DNA of 64,000 nt from Clostridiales bacterium (GTDB lineage: Bacteria > Bacillota > Clostridia > Lachnospirales > Lachnospiraceae). Below, in pieces: positions 1 to 10,439 of the stretch. Each line of letters begins with the position of its first letter. Positions within the stretch are counted from its first letter, which is position 1. The notes under the pieces are model-generated. The model ran no database searches, was not told the DNA's origin, and worked only from the letters and a program-made list of their open reading frames with translations. The translations under genes were made by a program, and so were the position numbers. Location: positions 7,141 to 71,140 of the forward strand of contig DXXQ01000120.1 of the NCBI GenBank assembly GCA_019416265.1, given 5' to 3'.

Positions 1-218
1 CCTACCCATTCACTTCCAAACACTCCCTGAAAAGCACTAAATTTCTCAAACGCTATTACCATCCCACCTACCGGACCAATTTTAAACAATAGCAAACTCA
101 AAAGTCCTGGAAGTAGGAGAAGATACAAAATCCAGTTTCGTTTTATATCTTTCTTTACCCTTTGTCCCAAAGGTTTCTTTCTATTTCCTGGCAGCACTGC
201 TGTTTTCTGCTTCGCCAT
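1..218 (-). CDS. Carbohydrate ABC transporter permease (LplB-like), 5' part only, runs off the window
   Basis: Manual translation from ATG at 218 (RBS AAGGAG): MAKQKTAVLPGNRKKPLGQRVKKDIKRNWILYLLLLPGLLSLLLFKIGPVGGMVIAFEKFSAFQGVFGSEWVG, a typical CUT1 permease N-terminus; follows a solute-binding protein gene. Not in the ORF track. Confidence 0.85.
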   Translation of the reverse strand, partial: MAKQKTAVLPGNRKKPLGQRVKKDIKRNWILYLLLLPGLLSLLLFKIGPVGGMVIAFEKFSAFQGVFGSEWV

Positions 219-349
219 TTTGTCATCTCCTTCTGCTATTTATCGAACACACAGCTTCTGAAATTAAGGGAGAATCGAAACCAGCATCGTGCCAGCTACG
301 CTTCTCCCCCGAAAAACTCTATTTCATTTTTTAAGAAGCCGTTTCTGTA

Positions 350-1909
350 TCATTCACCATAAGTATTTCTATAGGCTTCTGCCTGGATTTCCTCGATTCT
401 GGACAGTCCCATTCCATCCATTTCTTCCTGAAATGCAGTCCAATTTTCTTTATTTAATTCTTCATTTCCTGTTACGAAAGAAGTCATACCTGCTACCTCT
501 GCATCAAACACAGTTGCAACAAGATTTGCAAGTTCTTCCGTTTCTTCTGCTGTATACGCCAGATTTATTCCTGTACGGATATGATCCTCAACCATATAGT
601 TTGCACATGCGTCTGCAATTAATGGAGCATTCCAAGCAAAAAATGCTTCATTATCTACAGGTTTGCAAACTGTAAATCGATCACTCAGGAAAGACCATTT
701 CTTTTCTCCTTCTGGTTTCGCTTCCTCGGTTGCATAATCAGCAATAAATTCTTTGGATCCATCTGCTGCCACCTGATAGCTTTCACCTTCCACACCATAG
801 TTAGCCATTGCAATTCCTTCTTCTGTGTAGAAATAGTCAATAAATGTAAGAATGGTCTTTATTTTTTCTTCATCACAGGATGAATTGACTGCGGTTACAC
901 ATTCTTCATTGTACTTACAGGTACCGGCTCCCACCAATAAATTTCCTTCCTCATCCTTAAAATTGTCAAGCACTGCCATCTGGTAATCCGGGTCAGCTTC
1001 TGGTCCCCCATTTTCCATAAACCATTCCGCACGATTATAATAATCATAGAAGAATGTTCCATTTCCGTTAATCATATCTGCTTCCCAGTCACCTTCTGTA
1101 TATGTGCCCTCTGCAAATTGCGGCTGAATAAGCCCCTCCTCATACCATGTTTTCATAGTCTCAACCATCGTATAAGCATTTTCATTTTTGATGTCAAAAG
1201 AATAATCCTTAAAGTGTGCCATATAAATTCCATTGCTCTCCTGAGCGCTTACATCACTCAGGCATTCAAACCATGCAGCAAAACGAAAAACACCCTCTCT
1301 ACCTGTCAGCGGATAATAATTAGGATTATCTTTTCCATAAAAATCTTTTAAAATTCGCATCGCGTTTGTAAAGTCCTCTACTGTCTGGATATCCTCTGCA
1401 TTGACCCCCGCTTTTTCCAAATGATCTGCTCGGTATCCAAGAAAATCCTGAAAAATCGGAGATTCTTTTACAAGACCATAAATCGCTCCTTCCTCATCCG
1501 TCACAAGCGCTGCATAATCCGGATTTTCATCAATGTATTTCTGGAGATTAGGCGCATATTCCTTAATATAAGGAGCAAGGTCAACAAACGCTCCTTGTGG
1601 TCCATATACATTTGTCTGTGACAGTTTTGTCATTGTAGCATCCGGAAGTGTGCCAGAAATAATTCTCTGATCCACCTCTGCATATACATCGTTAAAATCA
1701 TCCGGTCCCTCTACATATTCCACATGTATTCCTGTTACCTCTTCTGCTTTATCATACCAGTTCAGTTCCTTAATCCAGTTTGCATAGGTATTTCTCATAA
1801 ACATTGTATAAGTCTTGTCGTCTGCGTTTTTCGCAGATACTGTTGTTCCTCCTACAATACCGCTGATCATTGCTGCTGCCAGAAATGTTGCTATCCATTT
1901 TTTCTTCAT
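350..1909 (-). CDS. Extracellular solute-binding protein of a carbohydrate ABC transporter (LplA-like)
   Basis: 519 aa, signal peptide, family-1 SBP motifs (GAFVDLAPYIKEYAPNL, NYGVEGESY), upstream of a permease. Confidence 0.9.
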   Translation of the reverse strand: MKKKWIATFLAAAMISGIVGGTTVSAKNADDKTYTMFMRNTYANWIKELNWYDKAEEVTGIHVEYVEGPDDFNDVYAEVDQRIISGTLPDATMTKLSQTNVYGPQGAFVDLAPYIKEYAPNLQKYIDENPDYAALVTDEEGAIYGLVKESPIFQDFLGYRADHLEKAGVNAEDIQTVEDFTNAMRILKDFYGKDNPNYYPLTGREGVFRFAAWFECLSDVSAQESNGIYMAHFKDYSFDIKNENAYTMVETMKTWYEEGLIQPQFAEGTYTEGDWEADMINGNGTFFYDYYNRAEWFMENGGPEADPDYQMAVLDNFKDEEGNLLVGAGTCKYNEECVTAVNSSCDEEKIKTILTFIDYFYTEEGIAMANYGVEGESYQVAADGSKEFIADYATEEAKPEGEKKWSFLSDRFTVCKPVDNEAFFAWNAPLIADACANYMVEDHIRTGINLAYTAEETEELANLVATVFDAEVAGMTSFVTGNEELNKENWTAFQEEMDGMGLSRIEEIQAEAYRNTYGE

Positions 1910-1922
1910 AAGTTCCCCTTTC

Positions 1923-2085
1923 TGTTTCGTTTTGAAACCAATCCATTTTTTTCCTTGCTACAATTTATGTTTTTTGTTTTGTATATGTATATATTATCAC
2001 ATTTTTTCAGCCGTGCAAGAGTTTATTTGTTTATTATGTTTATTTTATGTTTCATTTTGAAAATATACTGTTTTCTTTTGAAACA
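1923..2085. promoter_or_regulatory. Three imperfect TGTTTC-N5-GAAACA palindromes, probable operators of the divergent regulator
   Basis: TGTTTCGTTTTGAAACC 1923-1939, TGTTTCATTTTGAAAAT 2048-2064, TGTTTTCTTTTGAAACA 2069-2085. Confidence 0.65.
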
Positions 2086-2106
2086 TGTGGAATTTTATGG
2101 TATAAT
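2078..2106 (+). promoter_or_regulatory. SigA-type promoter of the PrpR-like regulator
   Basis: TTGAAA-17 bp-TATAAT with an extended -10 TG. Confidence 0.7.
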
Positions 2107-2136
2107 TTTCCCAAAACAATACAGGAGGATTACACC

Positions 2137-3921
2137 ATGACAAAAACTCGTATTCTCGGAATTGCGCCTTATGACGCAATCAAACAGCTTATGCAGCAGA
2201 TTGCAGCCAAAAGAACCGATGTTGAACTGGAGATTTTTATTGGAGATATGGAAGAGGGCGCCAATATTGTTTCTAATTATCCGGAAAAAAATTTTGATGT
2301 AATTGTTTCCCGTGGAGGTACTGCTCAACTAATCTGTTCTCTGACAGCACTTCCAGTAATTGACATACCTTTGACTATTTATGATATATTTCGTTCTATT
2401 AAACTTGCAGAAAATTATACAAGTAAATATGCATTAGTTGGCTTTCCAAACATTACCAATAATGCGCATTTTCTTTGTGATATGATGCAGTATGACATTG
2501 ATATATATACAATTCATGATGAAGAAGAAGCTAAATACACCTTAAAGAAACTGCAAGCTGAAGGATGCAGCATGATTCTCTGTGACATGATTACCAACTC
2601 TCTTGCGCAGCATTATGGGCTTACATCCATCCTAATCACTTCCGGAGCCGAAAGCATCGAATCCGCTCTCGATGCTGCCGTGCAAGTGGCGCGCTCTCAA
2701 GAAAAACTGCGAACTGACCTTTCCTTTTACCGTCTTATTCTTGATAATCACCCTTGGCCTGTTGCAGTTTTTAACACGGATGGTACTTCTATTCTCCTGA
2801 CAAAACCTTCTGAGCTTTCAGAATCCATTATAACTTCAATGAAGCAGCACCTGAAATCAGTTATAGAGCACAAAGAAAAAAAAATATATCAGGAATACGG
2901 AGGTCTCCTATATGTACTCCATGGGTTTTATAAAGTTTTTCACGAAAAAGAATTGGTCATATATTACATAAACCATCGAAAAGTCCCTCTTTCTCTGACG
3001 AAAAACGGCATTTATTATATTAATCAGGAACAGGCATTCGATGCATTTTACAATAGTTTTTATGGTATTACACATTCTGCAACTCCTCAAAATATATCTA
3101 TTGAAAAATATGCCCAAAGCAACGCCCCTTTAATTATTTTAGGAGAACCAGGCACTGGAAAAGAGGCATTAGCCAGATTAATTTATGCAAAAAGCCTCCT
3201 GCGAAATCGCCCTATGGCTGTAATTGATTGCTCTCGAATCAGTGATAAAGGTTGGATTTTTTTGACAGAGCATAACTCATCACCTCTCTCTGACACAAAT
3301 ACCACCATTTATTTCCAACATATCAGTTCTTTGACTGACCATCAGTTTACAGAACTACTCAGCATCATTGTAGATTTGAATCTTGCAAAAAAAAATCGCG
3401 TTATCATTACGTTTCGCTGCGATGAAACGGGAAATATGAGCTCCAGATGCAAGACAGCATTAAACACCCTTACCTGTCAGCTTTTAGAAATCCCACCTTT
3501 AAGAACACACCTGGCAGAACTCCCAAACCTCCTCAGTCTTTATATCAATGCCCTGAACATAAAACTGGCAAAAGAGATTATCGGAATTGAGCCGGAAGGC
3601 CTTCGTCAGATACAGTCTTATCAATGGCCCGGCAACTATGACCAGTTGGAAAGAATTATGAACGAGCTTGTCTCTTCAGCTTCAGGCTCTTATATCCGCA
3701 GTTCCGATGTCAATAAAATATTAAAGAGAGAACTTCCTCACGCTGTTTCTTCCTCCACCTTTGATATCCATCGAACTTTGGACGAAATCAATTATGACAT
3801 TATTTGCCAGATAATCGCAGAATGCGGTGGCAATCAGAGTGCCGCCGCAAAAAAACTGGGCATTGGACGAACCACACTCTGGAGAATTCTCCAAAGGAAC
3901 AATTCGTCCGTCCCTATTTGA
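2137..3921 (+). CDS. PrpR-N domain / AAA-like / Fis-HTH transcriptional regulator
   Basis: Start moved to ATG 2137 (RBS AGGAGG). PrpR_N-like N-terminus (DVIVSRGGTA), Walker A GEPGTGKE, YQWPGN motif, C-terminal GNQSAAAKKLGIGRTTLWR Fis-type HTH; no GAFTGA. Confidence 0.85.
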   Translation: MTKTRILGIAPYDAIKQLMQQIAAKRTDVELEIFIGDMEEGANIVSNYPEKNFDVIVSRGGTAQLICSLTALPVIDIPLTIYDIFRSIKLAENYTSKYALVGFPNITNNAHFLCDMMQYDIDIYTIHDEEEAKYTLKKLQAEGCSMILCDMITNSLAQHYGLTSILITSGAESIESALDAAVQVARSQEKLRTDLSFYRLILDNHPWPVAVFNTDGTSILLTKPSELSESIITSMKQHLKSVIEHKEKKIYQEYGGLLYVLHGFYKVFHEKELVIYYINHRKVPLSLTKNGIYYINQEQAFDAFYNSFYGITHSATPQNISIEKYAQSNAPLIILGEPGTGKEALARLIYAKSLLRNRPMAVIDCSRISDKGWIFLTEHNSSPLSDTNTTIYFQHISSLTDHQFTELLSIIVDLNLAKKNRVIITFRCDETGNMSSRCKTALNTLTCQLLEIPPLRTHLAELPNLLSLYINALNIKLAKEIIGIEPEGLRQIQSYQWPGNYDQLERIMNELVSSASGSYIRSSDVNKILKRELPHAVSSSTFDIHRTLDEINYDIICQIIAECGGNQSAAAKKLGIGRTTLWRILQRNNSSVPI

Positions 3922-4014
3922 TATTATATGAATATTTGGATAAAATCCCCAATACAGTTTTTCATCATTTTATGATATAATCATAATATCATTTTAAATA
4001 TTGGAGACTCTACA

Positions 4015-5298
4015 ATGAAAAAGATTCGCAGACAGCTTGGGATGCTGGTTCTGGTTCTGCTGCTGTGTTTGCCGTGCACAGCTTCTGTCCAGGCGGCTTC
4101 CTATGTATCAAAAGAGAACGCAAAGGTCAGCATCACCTCGAAGAAAACAGGGTGGCAGAAAATAGGGAATAACTATTATTTTTATAATTCCAAAGGCAGA
4201 CTCCTTCGCGGTTCTATTAAATATAAGGGCTATTATTATTACAGTCTGGCGGACGGAAGGCAGTTTACAGGCTGGATGAAGCGTTCCGGCAACAAATATT
4301 ACTACAACCGCAAAAACGGCGCCATGTTCCGAAACCGCTGGGCAACAGGAACGAAATATAAATATTATTTCGATAACCGGGGCGTTGCCATCGCAAACCA
4401 GTGGAAAACCGAGGGAAATAAAAAGTATTATTTCCTCTCCAACTCCACCATGGCTACAGGATGGCAGAAAATCGGGAAATACTATTACTATTTCGACCAA
4501 AAGACCGGTGTTATGGCAAGAAACAGGAACATCGGAAAATATTATGTAGACAAAAACGGCAGACGTACCATCCGTACAGTCACAACAGAGAGCAAGGATA
4601 AGTATACATACACCAGCGCAACCCTGAATATCAATCTTCAGAGGAAAAAGCTCCACGGTATTTCCTACTGGGTCGCACATATTAAAACCGCCAGCCCCTC
4701 TCAGCTTAAGTCCGCTCTGTCCAACGGAACCTACGGAGGAACGCGGCAGACAACTTCCAGTGCAGTCGCCGAAAACAAAGGAATCATCGGTATAAACGGA
4801 AGCGCCTTTGACTACGGAACCGGCAAGCCTTCCCCCCTTGGCATGTGTATCAAGAACGGTAAAATTTACGGGGATTATGCCACAAGCTATAGTGTTATGG
4901 CCGTAAAAAAGGACGGAACCATCTACACCCCTCCTCAGGGGCTTTCCGGAAAAGATCTTCTGAAAGCCGGAGTAAAGGACACTTATAATTTCGGCCCCAT
5001 TCTTATCAGGGACGGCGCAGCTCAGCCTCCATGGGCGGAAACGGAAAAATATTATCCCCGTACAGCTATCGGCATGGTAAAACCAAACGACTATGTCCTT
5101 CTGGTTACAGATACCGGAGAATACACCGGACTGAATCACTGGGATATGGTAAAAATCTTCCAGTCTTACAACTGCAGCTATGCCTATAACCTGGACGGAG
5201 GCGGCTCCTCCACTCTGTACTACAACGGCAGAGTCATGAATAAACTCATCGGAAACTACCAGCGTCCATGCGCTGACTTCCTCTTTTTCACCAAGTAA
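4015..5298 (+). CDS. Secreted phosphodiester glycosidase (NAGPA) family protein with cell-wall-binding repeats
   Basis: Signal peptide, about six aromatic repeats (TGWQKIGNNYYFY, TGWMKRSGNKYYY, TGWQKIGKYYYYF), C-terminal ING, PRTAIG and AYNLDGGGSS motifs. Confidence 0.85.
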   Translation: MKKIRRQLGMLVLVLLLCLPCTASVQAASYVSKENAKVSITSKKTGWQKIGNNYYFYNSKGRLLRGSIKYKGYYYYSLADGRQFTGWMKRSGNKYYYNRKNGAMFRNRWATGTKYKYYFDNRGVAIANQWKTEGNKKYYFLSNSTMATGWQKIGKYYYYFDQKTGVMARNRNIGKYYVDKNGRRTIRTVTTESKDKYTYTSATLNINLQRKKLHGISYWVAHIKTASPSQLKSALSNGTYGGTRQTTSSAVAENKGIIGINGSAFDYGTGKPSPLGMCIKNGKIYGDYATSYSVMAVKKDGTIYTPPQGLSGKDLLKAGVKDTYNFGPILIRDGAAQPPWAETEKYYPRTAIGMVKPNDYVLLVTDTGEYTGLNHWDMVKIFQSYNCSYAYNLDGGGSSTLYYNGRVMNKLIGNYQRPCADFLFFTK

Positions 5299-5301
5299 TG
5301 C

Positions 5302-5349
5302 AAAAGCACGGAACCTCTGAAAATTCTCTTCAAAAGGTTCCGTGCTTTT
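5302..5349. terminator. Bidirectional intrinsic terminator between convergent genes
   Basis: AAAAGCACGGAACCT ... AGGTTCCGTGCTTTT inverted repeat. Confidence 0.8.
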
Positions 5350-5383
5350 CTTATTTTTGCCGTCTGTCATCTTCGGCAGGCTT

Positions 5384-7051
5384 CTATTCTTTCCTTTCTT
5401 TCGGAAGCTCAATGGTAATCTCTGTCCCCATTTCTTCCCTGCTTTTCAGGGTAATGCTTCCCTTTAAGAAAGTTACTGCATGCTTTACAATAGAAAGTCC
5501 CAGGCCTGTTCCGGATACTTCTTTGGAATGGCTTTTATCTACACGATAAAATCTTTCAAATACACGGCTCTGGTCTTCTGCCGGAATTCCTACGCCCGTA
5601 TCCTTTACTGTAAGCTGAATCTTATCTTCGTCCTCCCTGATCAAAAGACTGACACTTCCGTCATTTCTGTTGTATTTAACCGCATTTTCACAGAGATTGT
5701 AAACCGCTTCCTCAAGGATCGGTCTGACTGTACGGCAGATCGTCCTCTCTCCGCCGATATAAAGATGTACATTCTGCTCCTTCGCCCGTTCCCCCAGGCT
5801 GGCAAAAATATCCTTTGCCATCTGATAAAGATCCACATTTTCCCATTCATAAGGAACCTGAGCTTCATCCAGCTGGGAAATACGGATAACATCTTCAACC
5901 AGCTGAATCAAATGCTGCGACTCCTTATATATTCTTCCTGCAAAATGCTTTACATCATCCGGCTGTACATAACCGTCCTGGATAATTTCCGCAATCCCGG
6001 AAATTGAAGTCAACGGCGTCTTCAGTTCATGTGATACATTTGCGGAAAATTCCCGTCTCAGATTCTCCCGTTCTACCTTTTCAGTCACATTCATAAGAAG
6101 AATCACAGCGCCTTCTACCTGTTTTTCCCGCACAACAGGATTGGCAATCACCTGGATATCACGGCTGTCCATTTTCAGCATCGTTTCCTTATGACCGCCC
6201 TCCAGTACATCCTCTATTACCTTTCGGAATTCTTCACTTCTGTTCAGATTATAAACACTCTGTCCGAATTCCTCCTTTGTGACTTGAAACAGCCTCCACG
6301 CACTTGTATTCGCAGAAAGAATCATGGTGTATTTATCTATTACGATCAGCCCCTCCTGCATATTTTCTGTGATAAGGGCAAATTCCTCCTGCTGCTGCTT
6401 CGCTGCTTCAAGCTGGTTCTGAATCTGTCTGTTCTGCCTGTAGATTCTGCTCAAAAGAGGCTCTACTTCCTCATAAATCTGATTGCTTTCCGGGTCATCC
6501 AGATTAAGCGTATTTACCGGCTCCACAATCTTCCTTGACAGCCGCGATGCAAAAATACCTGACAGAATCAGCATAAGGGCAAGGATCCAGCACATGGGAA
6601 GTACCAGCTCTCCCACAAGAGCCAGAGCTGAATACTGTGTACTGGAAACTCTCAGAACGGATCCGTCTTTTAAGCGCAGCGCATGGTAAATCGTCTTTTC
6701 TCCAAGGGTATCTGACATTCTGACAGAATTGCCTTCTCCATATTTCAGAGCTTTCTGAATCTCGTCTCTTTCCCCATGGTTTTCCATGGACTGTGCATCT
6801 GTTTCATTGTCAAACAGCACGGTTCCGTCTGCAGCGACATAGGTAATCCTGGAATCCTTTTCCTTGAGATTATTGAGGTAAGAAACTCCTTTTTCCTCCA
6901 CTCCGTAGCTGAGATAAACAGCCTCTTTGTCCAGTTCCACCTGTATCTGTCTGCCGAAATACCGGTAGAGAATCCCCAGGATAAAAGCAAGTCCAACCAC
7001 AAGTGTGATACTTAATACCAGCATCATTGATTTAAAAATTTTTTTGGTCAA
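5384..7051 (-). CDS. phoR: PhoR-like sensor histidine kinase
   Basis: Likely TTG start at 7051 after GGAGGAAGAGG; two TM helices, PAS-like region, H-box FSANVSHELKTPL, HATPase (NAVKYN, DTGVGI, ERFYRVDKS, GTGLGL); ends the pst operon. Confidence 0.85.
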   Translation of the reverse strand: MTKKIFKSMMLVLSITLVVGLAFILGILYRYFGRQIQVELDKEAVYLSYGVEEKGVSYLNNLKEKDSRITYVAADGTVLFDNETDAQSMENHGERDEIQKALKYGEGNSVRMSDTLGEKTIYHALRLKDGSVLRVSSTQYSALALVGELVLPMCWILALMLILSGIFASRLSRKIVEPVNTLNLDDPESNQIYEEVEPLLSRIYRQNRQIQNQLEAAKQQQEEFALITENMQEGLIVIDKYTMILSANTSAWRLFQVTKEEFGQSVYNLNRSEEFRKVIEDVLEGGHKETMLKMDSRDIQVIANPVVREKQVEGAVILLMNVTEKVERENLRREFSANVSHELKTPLTSISGIAEIIQDGYVQPDDVKHFAGRIYKESQHLIQLVEDVIRISQLDEAQVPYEWENVDLYQMAKDIFASLGERAKEQNVHLYIGGERTICRTVRPILEEAVYNLCENAVKYNRNDGSVSLLIREDEDKIQLTVKDTGVGIPAEDQSRVFERFYRVDKSHSKEVSGTGLGLSIVKHAVTFLKGSITLKSREEMGTEITIELPKERKE

Positions 7052-7076
7052 ATCCTCTTCCTCCACACTGTTTTTC

Positions 7077-7754
7077 TCAGCCTTCTCTGACTCCCTGCCA
7101 TCCCTGATGCTCATTGTTTCTATGTTCTCCGGTAATGGAATATTCTACCCACTCGGCAATGTTTACCGCATGATCCCCGATCCTTTCCAGATATTTGGCA
7201 GCCATAAGGAGATCCAGCCCTGTCTTCACATCAAGACTTCCGGCCTGTATCAGCTCTGCGATTTTTTCTTTACTTTCATTAAATGCCTCATCTACCAGAT
7301 CATCGCTGTGAATGACCTTTCTGCACAGCTCCAGATCATTTTTGACAAAAGCATCCACGCTTCCTGTTACCATTTTCACCGTATTCTCTGTCATTCCTCC
7401 GATGTTCATAACAATGGAGGCGGAATCCTTATCGATATACTGTGCCAGATCCGCAATATCTGATGCCTGGTCGCCGATCCTTTCCATATCGGACACCATT
7501 TTCATAGCTGCTGAAATCTCTCTTAAATCTCCTGCAACCGGGTGCTGATGGAGAAGAAGACTCATGCAAAGGTTTTCGATTTCCCGCTCCTTTGCATCGA
7601 TCTCCCTGTCTGTATCAAATACGATTTCCGCAAATTCCTTCGCCTGTCCCAGTATGGCTTTTCCGGAAAATGAGATGGCCTTTTCGCAGAGGCTTCCCAT
7701 TGTGATCAGCTCCACATGAAGGGTTTCAAGCTGTCTTTCAAAATATCTTGCCAT
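7077..7754 (-). CDS. phoU: Phosphate signalling protein PhoU
   Basis: ATG 7754; DMERIGDQA and YLERIGDHAVNIAE repeats. Confidence 0.95.
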   Translation of the reverse strand: MARYFERQLETLHVELITMGSLCEKAISFSGKAILGQAKEFAEIVFDTDREIDAKEREIENLCMSLLLHQHPVAGDLREISAAMKMVSDMERIGDQASDIADLAQYIDKDSASIVMNIGGMTENTVKMVTGSVDAFVKNDLELCRKVIHSDDLVDEAFNESKEKIAELIQAGSLDVKTGLDLLMAAKYLERIGDHAVNIAEWVEYSITGEHRNNEHQGWQGVREG

Positions 7755-7758
7755 AATA

Positions 7759-8517
7759 TCAACCAAACCTTCCTGTAATATAATCCTCCGTTCTCTTGTC
7801 ATGAGGCATGGAGAACAGCTTGTCTGTATCATCAAATTCCACAACCTCTCCCAGAAGGAAAAACGCTGTCTTATCGGAAATACGGGTTGCCTGCTGCATA
7901 TTATGGGTTACCATAACAATTGTATAATTTTTCTTTAATTCCAGAGCAAGCTCCTCAATTTTCGAGGTGGAAATGGGGTCAAGAGCTGAGGTTGGCTCAT
8001 CCATAAGGAGAACCTCCGGCTGTACGGCAAGGGCTCTTGCAATACAGAGACGCTGCTGCTGACCGCCGGACATTCCAAGGGCGCTTTTCTTTAATCTGTC
8101 CTTTACTTCATCCCAAATAGCGGCATCACGGAGGGATTTCTCTACAATCTCATCAAGCTTTGCCTTGGAACGGATTCCATGTGTACGCGGACCATAGGCA
8201 ATATTGTCATAAATACTCATGGGAAAAGGATTTGGTTTCTGAAATACCATTCCCACTCTTTTTCTGAGGAGATTCACATCCATATTTCCATAAATATCTT
8301 CGCCGTCAAGCTTGACCTTTCCGGTAATTACACAGCCCTCCACAAGGTCGTTCATCCTGTTTAAAGACTTAAGCAGAGTGGATTTTCCGCAGCCGCTGGG
8401 TCCGATAAAAGCTGTGATTTCCTTTTCCGGAATCATCATATTGATATTTTTTAATGCGTGGAACTTCCCATAATGAAGGTTCATATTTTCCACAAGGATT
8501 TTTGTATTTGAAATCAT
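7759..8517 (-). CDS. pstB: Phosphate ABC transporter ATP-binding protein
   Basis: [40 protein letters not shown]-terminus. Confidence 0.97.
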   Translation of the reverse strand: MISNTKILVENMNLHYGKFHALKNINMMIPEKEITAFIGPSGCGKSTLLKSLNRMNDLVEGCVITGKVKLDGEDIYGNMDVNLLRKRVGMVFQKPNPFPMSIYDNIAYGPRTHGIRSKAKLDEIVEKSLRDAAIWDEVKDRLKKSALGMSGGQQQRLCIARALAVQPEVLLMDEPTSALDPISTSKIEELALELKKNYTIVMVTHNMQQATRISDKTAFFLLGEVVEFDDTDKLFSMPHDKRTEDYITGRFG

Positions 8518-8522
8518 AATTA

Positions 8523-9428
8523 TTATCCTTTCGCAATCTTTTTTGCAATTTTTCCGGAGAGGAAATTAATGAATAAAACAAACAGTAAGATTACCACTGC
8601 TGTTGCAGATGCCTGGTTCATGTGAAGGGCTTCACTGGAAAGTACATACATATGAAGGGCCAGAGTTCTGCCGGATCCCATAAGGCTGTCCGGCACCTGA
8701 GCCACAGTTCCCGCTGTGTAAATCAGTGCCGCAGTCTCCCCTACCACACGACCAATGGCAAGGATTACTCCCGCCAGAATTCCCGGCACTGCCGATGGAA
8801 GAACTATGGTAAAAATCGTGCGAAGTTTTCCCGCTCCAAGTCCAAAGCTTGCCTCTCTGTAGGAATCCGGTACTGATTTCAATGCCTCCTCCGCAGTACG
8901 CATGATCAGGGGAAGAATCATGATCACCATGGTAAATGCACCTGACAGAATGGAAAGTCCCCACTTCATTGTTGTTACGAAAAACAGCATACCGAAAAGT
9001 CCATACACAATGGACGGAATTCCGGAAAGTGTCTCTGCGGTAATGCGGATAAGTCCTACAAAACGGCTTCCTTTTTTCGCATATTCCACAAGATAAATTG
9101 CCGCAAAGATTCCCAGGGGAGCTGCGATCACGAGAGAAACTGCCGTCATGATAAAGGTATTGATCAGGGAAGGTACCAGAGACACATTCTCTGAATTATA
9201 TTCCAGTGCAAACAGATCCTTATTCAAATAGGGAATTCCCTTTACAAGAATATAGCCCACCAGAAAGGCCAGTGTGGCAAAGGTAAGGACTGAAGCCAGA
9301 ACCGTAATAAGCGCCAGGATTCCCGATCCGGGATGTGTCAGATATGCATTCATTTTACTTGCAAAAGAAGAACTGTTCTTCTTATTTTTTGCAGAAATAT
9401 CTATGGTTGTAGTTGTATCAATCTGCAT
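8523..9428 (-). CDS. pstA: Phosphate ABC transporter permease PstA
   Basis: [29 protein letters not shown]; operon position. Confidence 0.95.
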   Translation of the reverse strand: MQIDTTTTIDISAKNKKNSSSFASKMNAYLTHPGSGILALITVLASVLTFATLAFLVGYILVKGIPYLNKDLFALEYNSENVSLVPSLINTFIMTAVSLVIAAPLGIFAAIYLVEYAKKGSRFVGLIRITAETLSGIPSIVYGLFGMLFFVTTMKWGLSILSGAFTMVIMILPLIMRTAEEALKSVPDSYREASFGLGAGKLRTIFTIVLPSAVPGILAGVILAIGRVVGETAALIYTAGTVAQVPDSLMGSGRTLALHMYVLSSEALHMNQASATAVVILLFVLFINFLSGKIAKKIAKG

Positions 9429-10320
9429 GCTCCGCCCTCCTGTTCAGCATGGAAATGCTTAAATTTATGATCAGAATAAAAACAAAAAGTACCACTGCCG
9501 TTGCAATCAGAGCTTCTCTGTGCAGACCGGAGGCATATCCCATTTCCGTCACGATATTTGCAGTCATGGTACGGACTCCCTTAAGAATTCCCTTGGGCAT
9601 TCTCGGCTGGCCTCCGGCTACCATAACAACAGCCATTGTTTCACCGATGGCCCGGCCGATTCCCAGTACAACTCCTGCCAGTATCCCGGATTTGGCAGCC
9701 GGAAGCATTACACGGAAAATACTTCTTTCCCTTGTTGCTCCCAGTGCAAGGGAGCCCTCATAGTAGCTCTCAGGCACACTTCGGATTGCAGATTCTGTCA
9801 CCCCGATAATGGTAGGAAGTATCATGATCCCCAAAAGAACAGATGCCGCCAGCATACTCGTTCCTCTTCCTCCAAAGGCCTCCCGGATAAATGGTACAAT
9901 TACAATCAGTCCAAAGAAACCATATACAATAGACGGAACTCCCGCCATCAGTTCAATCCCTGATTTCAAAGGACTATAGATTTTTTTCGGACAGTAGCGC
10001 GCCATGAATACGGAGGTAAAAAGAGCAATTGGTACGCCCATCAGGATTGCTCCTCCTGTCACGTAAATACTTGCTACGATCATTGGAAGAATTCCGAATT
10101 TTCCGTTGGATGGTTTCCATATTTTTCCAAACAAAAATTCTACAGGACCGATTTTGCCGATTGCAGGCACACCGCTTGCAAAAAGGAAGATACAGATTAA
10201 AAATACGGCCAGCACAGAAGCGCAGGCTGCCGTCATAAAGATCAGCTTCATACCGCCTTCTTTCAGACTCCCTTTCTTTAAGCCGGAATTTTTCGTGCTC
10301 TTTTCATTTAAGCGATTCAT
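9418..10320 (-). CDS. pstC: Phosphate ABC transporter permease PstC
   Basis: ATG 10320 with RBS GAAAGGTG; ELMAGVPSIVYGFFG, GRAIGETMAV. Confidence 0.95.
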   Translation of the reverse strand: MNRLNEKSTKNSGLKKGSLKEGGMKLIFMTAACASVLAVFLICIFLFASGVPAIGKIGPVEFLFGKIWKPSNGKFGILPMIVASIYVTGGAILMGVPIALFTSVFMARYCPKKIYSPLKSGIELMAGVPSIVYGFFGLIVIVPFIREAFGGRGTSMLAASVLLGIMILPTIIGVTESAIRSVPESYYEGSLALGATRERSIFRVMLPAAKSGILAGVVLGIGRAIGETMAVVMVAGGQPRMPKGILKGVRTMTANIVTEMGYASGLHREALIATAVVLFVFILIINLSISMLNRRAEHAD

Positions 10321-10439
10321 ATATGCACACCTTTCATTACCTATATAGTTCAAGACTTTCTCGTGAATCCCTACCCTGGACTTTTACAAGATTTGAGCGG
10401 CTCGTAAGAGCCGCCCGGTCTTCTTCACTGTAGTTTCCG

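Noticed and set aside
3387..3395. A9 tract in the PrpR-like gene as a phase-variation site
   Set aside because: Frame is intact and such runs are common in AT-rich Lys/Asn codons.
4108..5412. 434-aa minus-strand ORF
   Set aside because: Antisense to the NAGPA-family gene, crosses a terminator, no motifs.
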